A DNA stretch of 64,000 bases, taken from an uncultured Verrucomicrobiaceae bacterium. GTDB taxonomy: Bacteria; Pseudomonadota; Gammaproteobacteria; Pseudomonadales; CAMLJR01. A model generated the notes under the pieces. That model was given only the letters and a program-made list of their open reading frames with translations, did no database searches and was not told the origin of the DNA. Where the stretch lies: the NCBI GenBank assembly GCA_964631955.1, contig CAZWBA010000004.1:11440-75439 (forward strand), given 5' to 3'. This document shows, in pieces, positions 58,422 to 64,000 of this stretch; position 1 is the stretch's first letter; every line of letters begins with the position of its first letter. The position numbers and the translations under genes are program-made.

Positions 58422-59642
58422 CTATTTTCGCTCAGTAATACGCAACTGCGCCCGTGTTCTATTGCCATCGGTATTGCTGCCGACGAGTTGTGCGTTCAGG
58501 CCCTTGCCTGCAATCGCCGCGCGCACGGCTTCGACATCCTTGAAAGCATTTGCGGCCAGACTCACACGCAGCTCGCCCTGCCGCTCGCTATACGTGAGAT
58601 TCTGCACCGCGACACCGTCGACGCTTTTCAACACGTCGCCGACCTGTTCCAGCAGCGGCAATACGGCGCCACCCTGATGGCTCTTCAGCGCCTGCACCTT
58701 GCGGCGCAGCTGTAATTCCGGATCGTTGACGACACCGCGCGGCTCCACCGTCCGATACACCTCTTCGATCTGTTGTCGCAGGGCGATATTCTGCCCGTTG
58801 AGACGATAGTGCTGCACGCCGCCGACGATGAGATGAATAACAATGGCTATCGCCAGGACAATGGCGACGCGGCGCCATGACAGCCACCAGCGCCGCCAGG
58901 GCAGCGTGCGCGCAAAACTTCCCTGCAGAAAATCGATGACGGGATTCTGCGCATCAATCGTTGCCTCCGCATCTAACACCTCAATCGAGCCGCGCAGAAG
59001 CTCGGGCAGGCGGGAGGCGAGAACATCGACGGAAATATCGGTTTGAACCAGCAGTTTTTGCGGCAGTGCATTCGCGCTATCGAGCAGCAATTGCAGCACG
59101 AGCGCGGCATTATCGGGCTCCATCGCAAAACCCCGATAAGGGCCGATGCGCACGACCCAGCGCGCAGCTTCGGTGCGCAATGTCCAGCAATGCTCGCGGT
59201 ACGGCAATAACAACTGCTCGGGCAGCACGCGTTTGATATCGAGCCCTGCGTCGCGGCACTGCTGCAACCATGCGCCGAGCCATTGTCTGTCGACGATGGC
59301 GATCGAAACCTGTGCATCGGCATCACCTTTAGCCGCAGCGATCGGCCCCAGCGCAAAATGCTGCGTATCGACATCGTTGATCAATTGATCTTCCAGCGAA
59401 TACGGAACCGTCTGCCGCAGCAATTTACGTTCGTGCGGCGCGAAGGTGACTTCCTGCAATGAAACTTTCTGCGCCGGTACAACGAGCACGAGATCGCTTT
59501 CGCGCATGCCGGCTTCCGCTGCAAACGTTTTTGCATCGCCGTATTTTTTATCGCCGGCATCGTCAGGCAGCGATGCCGCAGCGGTCGCGGACCAGCTCAG
59601 TTGTTCGTCGTCGCCGACATGAAGCAGTACGGTATTTTTCAC
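58422..59642 (-). CDS. gspL: type II secretion system protein L
   Basis: 406 aa with a cytoplasmic actin-like region, a TM (…VAIVLAIAIVIHLIV…) and a periplasmic domain. GTG start. Position after gspK. Confidence 0.88.
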   Translation of the reverse strand: MKNTVLLHVGDDEQLSWSATAAASLPDDAGDKKYGDAKTFAAEAGMRESDLVLVVPAQKVSLQEVTFAPHERKLLRQTVPYSLEDQLINDVDTQHFALGPIAAAKGDADAQVSIAIVDRQWLGAWLQQCRDAGLDIKRVLPEQLLLPYREHCWTLRTEAARWVVRIGPYRGFAMEPDNAALVLQLLLDSANALPQKLLVQTDISVDVLASRLPELLRGSIEVLDAEATIDAQNPVIDFLQGSFARTLPWRRWWLSWRRVAIVLAIAIVIHLIVGGVQHYRLNGQNIALRQQIEEVYRTVEPRGVVNDPELQLRRKVQALKSHQGGAVLPLLEQVGDVLKSVDGVAVQNLTYSERQGELRVSLAANAFKDVEAVRAAIAGKGLNAQLVGSNTDGNRTRAQLRITERK

Positions 59643-59687
59643 GATTGGTTCATCGATTGAGTTTTCACAGATAACTTCGGTCGCATA

Positions 59688-60773
59688 TCACCAGTCACCG
59701 AGTGTGCGTGCGATGACTTCGACCTTTCTTTTACCTTCACTGGTGCGATGCAGAATACTGCGCATCGCGTAGCGATGACCCTGAAAATCGGTCACCGTAT
59801 TCAACATGAAATATTCGCTGACCACATCCCAGTTGTCCGTCCGGATTTTCTGATCTGCGCCCGCCGGATTGAGCAGCTTGTTCACCTCATCCATATCTTT
59901 TATGTATCTCGGCGGCGTGCGCGCTTCCAGCAAAATTTCCACATCGGACTCACTCAAAGGCTGATAGCCCTGCGGCTGCCCCTCCGCTCCGCCCAACGAG
60001 CGCAGCACTTCGACGGGCGCGGTATTGATATTGATCCTGTGACCAGCGCCGGTGGTCACACCCGGCCAGACAGTGACGAGTGGCGCCAGTGCGCGATAGA
60101 TTTCCGGCGTCATGCCCCGCACCATCATCAGCTCCGAAGGGCCGGCCATGGCGCGATTCGCAGGCCGTCCGATCGGTTCTGCCGATTCATAGTATTCGCT
60201 TTCGGCGCCGCTGAGCCCGCTGACATCCGAATCGCCATCGATCCAGTCAACGATGGCTTCGGTCAGCGCCTGCGCCTGATCGAGGCTTATCGGCTCTTCG
60301 AGATTCAATGCAAGCAGCAGGCGAATGAACTGCGTTTGCGCCAGCGTATTTCCGGGCGCCGGCGTGCCGCCACCGCTGCCACTGCCCGCCGGGTTCGCCA
60401 GCAGATTCAAATTGAACCGGCCCTGCAAATCTTCCAGCTGACCACCGATCCATCCGTAATCGGTTGGATACTGCTGCGCCTGCGCCCAATCTTCGGCGAG
60501 ATTATCGTTGCGCGTCTTGTCGTCCTTTTGCAGATCGTAAAGCAGGGCTGCGCGCGATAATGCCTCTGCGCCGCGCATGTAAGCGTATGCCTGCTCGCTA
60601 TACAGCTGATTCTCCACGCGTCGAAACATCAACAGAAAATCGCTGCTGAGCGCAGTGGCAAGCATCACCACCATCGCGACAATCAATAAAGCAATGATCA
60701 GCGCAGCGCCGCTCTGCCCGCGCAGGGCACGATGCGCGACACTCGATCGGGAATTACGGTGCGGGCTGCTCAT
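59688..60773 (-). CDS. gspK: type II secretion system minor pseudopilin K
   Basis: …GAALIIALLIVAMVVMLATAL…, 361 aa. Overlaps the gspJ stop by 20 nt. Confidence 0.88.
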   Translation of the reverse strand: MSSPHRNSRSSVAHRALRGQSGAALIIALLIVAMVVMLATALSSDFLLMFRRVENQLYSEQAYAYMRGAEALSRAALLYDLQKDDKTRNDNLAEDWAQAQQYPTDYGWIGGQLEDLQGRFNLNLLANPAGSGSGGGTPAPGNTLAQTQFIRLLLALNLEEPISLDQAQALTEAIVDWIDGDSDVSGLSGAESEYYESAEPIGRPANRAMAGPSELMMVRGMTPEIYRALAPLVTVWPGVTTGAGHRININTAPVEVLRSLGGAEGQPQGYQPLSESDVEILLEARTPPRYIKDMDEVNKLLNPAGADQKIRTDNWDVVSEYFMLNTVTDFQGHRYAMRSILHRTSEGKRKVEVIARTLGDW

Positions 60774-61410
60774 TCGCCAGACTCACCACGCGATGGATCA
60801 CGCCGATACCTTCGATATCGATATCGAATTGCACAGCCAGCGGCAGCGTTTCCATATCGCTTTTACTCACCGGCCACTCCTCCACCCAGTCGCCACCCAA
60901 TGGTTTCGAATTTGCACCGGTGTCGGCATTTTCTGCCGACCGCCCCAGAAACTGCACTCTGAAGCCCAGCACTCCGGTCAGCAGCTTCACCTGTTGCAGC
61001 CGGTCTTCATCGTCGATGCGATCCAGCACCAGCCAGTGATCGCGCCACAAATTCCCGTCGGCATCGAGACGGTAATGCACGCGCTGCAATGCGCTGCGAC
61101 GCTGTCCGCGCGGATTGTCCCAGCCGCTGCGCGTCAGCTCCAGCAATTGCTCGCTGTCATCGCTGCTGCCGATCATCGCCGGTCGCAGATTATCGCGCGC
61201 ATCGGTAACCGGCCGCTTCACGCTCTGGCGCAAATCGCGCACGATCCAGCCGACCGCCGTCTGCACGTCACCGAGACGCTGCACCATTTCGCCGTGCCGC
61301 TCCGCTGCACTGATCGCAGCGCTCAACCCCGCGTACCCCATCACTGCAACCAGGGCAGTAATCGCCATCGCGAGCAGCACTTCCAGCAGCGTAAAACCGC
61401 GCGCGCTCAT
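60754..61410 (-). CDS. gspJ: type II secretion system minor pseudopilin J
   Basis: MSARGFTLLEVLLAMAITALV prepilin leader and hydrophobic segment. ATGA overlap with the gspI stop. Confidence 0.9.
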   Translation of the reverse strand: MSARGFTLLEVLLAMAITALVAVMGYAGLSAAISAAERHGEMVQRLGDVQTAVGWIVRDLRQSVKRPVTDARDNLRPAMIGSSDDSEQLLELTRSGWDNPRGQRRSALQRVHYRLDADGNLWRDHWLVLDRIDDEDRLQQVKLLTGVLGFRVQFLGRSAENADTGANSKPLGGDWVEEWPVSKSDMETLPLAVQFDIDIEGIGVIHRVVSLANEQPAP

Positions 61411-61838
61411 TGCGCCGCCCGATGATAAATATCGACTAACACATCGAGTGAGGCGACAGGACTGGCCTCTTTCTCCTCGGTTTCGGCAACCGTGATGATG
61501 AGCTGCGTCACCCCGGGCTGCTGCGCGCTCTTCGGTTCCGCGCGCCAATACCACATGCGCCCGCCCATTTCCTCCGAGCCGGACAATGTGTCGGCGGGCA
61601 GTTGATTGGTGTTTGCGTTGGCCAGCAGCGCGAGTTCCATTTGATTCTGCGCGACATAGCTCGCAAACATTTTGTCGCGCAAATAGGCGGTGCCATCGAT
61701 CTGCCGCATCATCGCGATAAGAATTCCCGTCACCGCCAGCGCGACAATCGCAACGGCAACCAGCACCTCCACCAGCGTAAAACCGTTAGAGGCGGTCAGA
61801 CTCCATCGGTCACGAGCGATGTTACCGTTCTTCTTCAT
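61407..61838 (-). CDS. gspI: type II secretion system minor pseudopilin I
   Basis: …SNGFTLVEVLVAVAIVALAV… prepilin motif. Start at ATG 61838 or ATG 61844. Confidence 0.9.
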   Translation of the reverse strand: MKKNGNIARDRWSLTASNGFTLVEVLVAVAIVALAVTGILIAMMRQIDGTAYLRDKMFASYVAQNQMELALLANANTNQLPADTLSGSEEMGGRMWYWRAEPKSAQQPGVTQLIITVAETEEKEASPVASLDVLVDIYHRAAQ

Positions 61839-62508
61839 CGTCATTAATTTCAAGTGCGATACGCCCCAGCGCATCGGAGCGCACGACCGGGCCATGTTCG
61901 TCGCCGGAAAAGCGCAACCGCAACTCAAACGGCGTAACCTCGCCACCAGGAGCCAGCCATATCGTCGGCGTGTTTATCGAAGATTTTTTTTCGGCGGCTA
62001 TTTTTCCTTGCGCATCCGAAGATTTGTTATTTTCAGAAGCCGCCGCACTTTCTGCAGCATTCGCCCCCTTTGGCAATGGCTCGATCAATTGCTCGGCGCC
62101 ATCAACTTCAAGTTCTGCAACGACGTTATCGGTGAATTCTCCGCCCGCAGGCACATCGCGAGGATGATCGGGCAGCCAGCCGCGATCGGTTAAACGCAAA
62201 AAGCGATAGGCAATTTTATCGACGCCCTCATCGTTGATCGCCGTGCGGTAGATTTGCACACCCCATGACTCGCGGCTCAGCACGGCCTCTTCCTCGACGA
62301 GCGCGGTGAAGTTGGCAAAGTCGCGCGCATTATTGCGCAACTCCTGCGGCCTGTTATTGCCGACCGCAACGCCAACGATGGCCACGCCCAATCCGATGAT
62401 GAACACCACCACCAGTATTTCCAGCAGCGAAAACCCCTCGCTGCGATGTTCCCGTTCACCGCAGGGAGCGAAATTACGAAGATCGGTCAACGCGTTCGCC
62501 AGCCGCAC
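61822..62508 (-). CDS. gspH: type II secretion system minor pseudopilin H
   Basis: …SEGFSLLEILVVVFIIGLGVAIV… prepilin motif. GTG start 3 nt after the gspG stop. Contains a low-complexity Ala/Ser/Lys insert. Confidence 0.85.
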   Translation of the reverse strand: MRLANALTDLRNFAPCGEREHRSEGFSLLEILVVVFIIGLGVAIVGVAVGNNRPQELRNNARDFANFTALVEEEAVLSRESWGVQIYRTAINDEGVDKIAYRFLRLTDRGWLPDHPRDVPAGGEFTDNVVAELEVDGAEQLIEPLPKGANAAESAAASENNKSSDAQGKIAAEKKSSINTPTIWLAPGGEVTPFELRLRFSGDEHGPVVRSDALGRIALEINDDEEER

Positions 62509-62511
62509 AAA

Positions 62512-62958
62512 CTACTGCTGCGCTTTCTGATCGGTCTGCCAATTTCCCAGATCCGCATTTTGATCTTCGCCGCCGGTGACTCCATCGGCACCGAGCGTAT
62601 AGACATCATAGTCACCATGTCCGAATTCGGCCGGGCTCAGATATTTATACGGATTGCCCCACGGATCTTCCGGAGCCATTTCGAGATAACCGCCCTGCTT
62701 CCAGTTACGCGGAATCGGGTCCATCGCCGGTTTTTCGACGAGCGCGGACAAGCCCTGCTCGGTGGTCGGGTAATTGAAATTATCGAGCTTGTACAATTTC
62801 AGCGCCGTCTCGATATTTTTAAAATCGGCACGCACTTTCTGCGCACGCGCCTCATCGGCACGCTGCAACACATTCGGCGCAACGATGCTGACCAGCAAAC
62901 CGATGATGACCAGCACCACGAGAATTTCGACGAGACTGAAACCACGATTTATTTTCAT
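62512..62958 (-). CDS. gspG: type II secretion system major pseudopilin G
   Basis: MKINRGFSLVEILVVLVIIGLLVSIVAPNV…LDNFNYPTTEQGLSAL… is the canonical GspG. The ATG at 62958 gives 148 aa. Confidence 0.95.
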   Translation of the reverse strand: MKINRGFSLVEILVVLVIIGLLVSIVAPNVLQRADEARAQKVRADFKNIETALKLYKLDNFNYPTTEQGLSALVEKPAMDPIPRNWKQGGYLEMAPEDPWGNPYKYLSPAEFGHGDYDVYTLGADGVTGGEDQNADLGNWQTDQKAQQ

Positions 62959-63035
62959 GACATGCACCACGTTCATTACCTTTAACCCGCTCATCACACA
63001 CAACCTCTGCGCGTCAGATTTTCATTGCGCCACTT

Positions 63036-64000
63036 TCAACCGACCAGTTTGTTCATCTGGATAATCGGCAACAGGATCGCCAGCACGATCAGTATCACGA
63101 AGACCGCCATCACGATGACCATCACCGGCTCGACGATCGCCATCATGCTGCCCAGCGTCATTTCGAGCTCGCGCTCCTGATTGATCGCGGAACGATTGAG
63201 CATGGCTTCCAGCTCGCCGCTCGCCTCACCGCTGGCCACCATGTGCACCATCATCGGCGGAAACACTTCCGTCTGTGCGAGTGCGCGATTCAGACTGCTG
63301 CCCTCCTGCACCGAATTTGCGACCTGCCGGCTGGCCTCGCGCAATTCGATATTGGTAAGCACTTCGCCGGCGATACGCAATCCTTCGAGCAAAGGCACAC
63401 CGCTCGTGGTCAGAATACTGAGCGTGGACGCGAACCGCGCGGTATCCATCGCCACGAGCAATCCTGAAACGAAGGGAATCTTCAATAAAATCCGGTGCCA
63501 TGAACGCCGCCTGGCAGGATCGCGCAACAATCGCCGCGCCATGAAAATCAGCGCGATGATTATCAGCACGGTAAATACAAAATAATTCGAAAAGAAATGG
63601 CTCGCTGAAATAAGCATTTTGGTCAGCAGCGGCAGCTCGGCCTTGCTGTGCACAAACAGGCCGACCAGTTTCGGCACCACCACGATCATCAGCAACGAAA
63701 TCACGGCAACCGCAACACCCAATAAAATGATCGGGTAAATCATCGCCATTTTTAATTTCTGCTGCGTGTACTGACGATTTTCGGTGTATTCGGCGAGGCG
63801 CTCCATCACGGTACCGAGAAAGCCCGCGCTTTCGCCAGCTCGCACCATCGCGCGGTACATTTCGTTGAATACATGCGGAAAATCGCCGAGCGCATACGCG
63901 AGCGTGTGGCCCTCGACGACGCGCGAACGTACCTGCAGCACCAGCGCTTTTATTTTTTCGCGCCGCGCCTGTTGCGCCGTCGCTGCGATCGCTTCGTCGA
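63036..64000 (-). CDS. gspF: type II secretion system inner-membrane platform protein F (N-terminus beyond window)
   Basis: …MIYPIILLGVAVAVISLLMIVVVPKLVGLF… and the C-terminal …LPIIQMNKLVG. I checked that the frame stays open to position 64000 (…DEAIAATAQQARREKIKALVLQVRSRVVEG…). Confidence 0.92.
   Translation of the reverse strand, partial: DEAIAATAQQARREKIKALVLQVRSRVVEGHTLAYALGDFPHVFNEMYRAMVRAGESAGFLGTVMERLAEYTENRQYTQQKLKMAMIYPIILLGVAVAVISLLMIVVVPKLVGLFVHSKAELPLLTKMLISASHFFSNYFVFTVLIIIALIFMARRLLRDPARRRSWHRILLKIPFVSGLLVAMDTARFASTLSILTTSGVPLLEGLRIAGEVLTNIELREASRQVANSVQEGSSLNRALAQTEVFPPMMVHMVASGEASGELEAMLNRSAINQERELEMTLGSMMAIVEPVMVIVMAVFVILIVLAILLPIIQMNKLVG

Overview
This is a GC-rich (high-50s % by eye, not computed) gammaproteobacterial chromosomal segment. 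It is almost entirely coding and mostly core housekeeping. I call 60 protein-coding genes (two cut by the window edges), one tRNA-Asn(GUU), one gene remnant, several rho-independent terminators, a few promoter/operator candidates, and two families of structured intergenic repeats.

Recognisable synteny blocks:
- uppP-tsaB / mobA
- hemH-adk, then mazG-relA-cysM, with gacS(barA) divergent from cysM
- recO-era-rnc-DUF4845-lepB-lepA-mucB-mucA-rpoE, with nadB divergent from rpoE
- ygfX-sdhE, with ygfZ divergent from sdhE
- ung
- an accessory-looking stretch at about 27.7-36.6 kb: acyl-CoA ligase, nsrR/glbN, LLM oxidoreductase, rfbB, methyltransferase-PAP2-glycosyltransferase, thiolase
- uvrB and tRNA-Asn
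- a GGDEF cyclase, YfiR-like protein and TonB-dependent receptor cluster
- MBL hydrolase and fabV
- DUF2946-like protein plus TonB-dependent receptor
- purC-bamC-dapA, DUF1631, nitroreductase, apbE
- the distal part of a type II secretion operon (gspF to gspN) running off the right edge

I found no transposase, integrase, phage gene, CRISPR array or recognisable defence system. I cannot point to a clear-cut new multi-gene system. The best leads are:
1. The CHASE3-GGDEF / YfiR-like / TonB-dependent-receptor module.
2. A GGA-dense purine-rich tract ending at a bidirectional terminator. It is a possible Csr/Rsm-type sRNA, and gacS lies in the same window.
3. A composite three-hairpin repeat family with at least three copies. 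One copy supplies the C-terminus and stop codon of a glycosyltransferase gene.
4. An orphan PEP-CTERM-type sorting tail with its own sigma54-like promoter and terminator.
5. A Lys/Ala-rich histone-like protein with AT-hook-like motifs, sitting behind a phased A-tract island.

All family assignments come from reading the translations. No database search was run.
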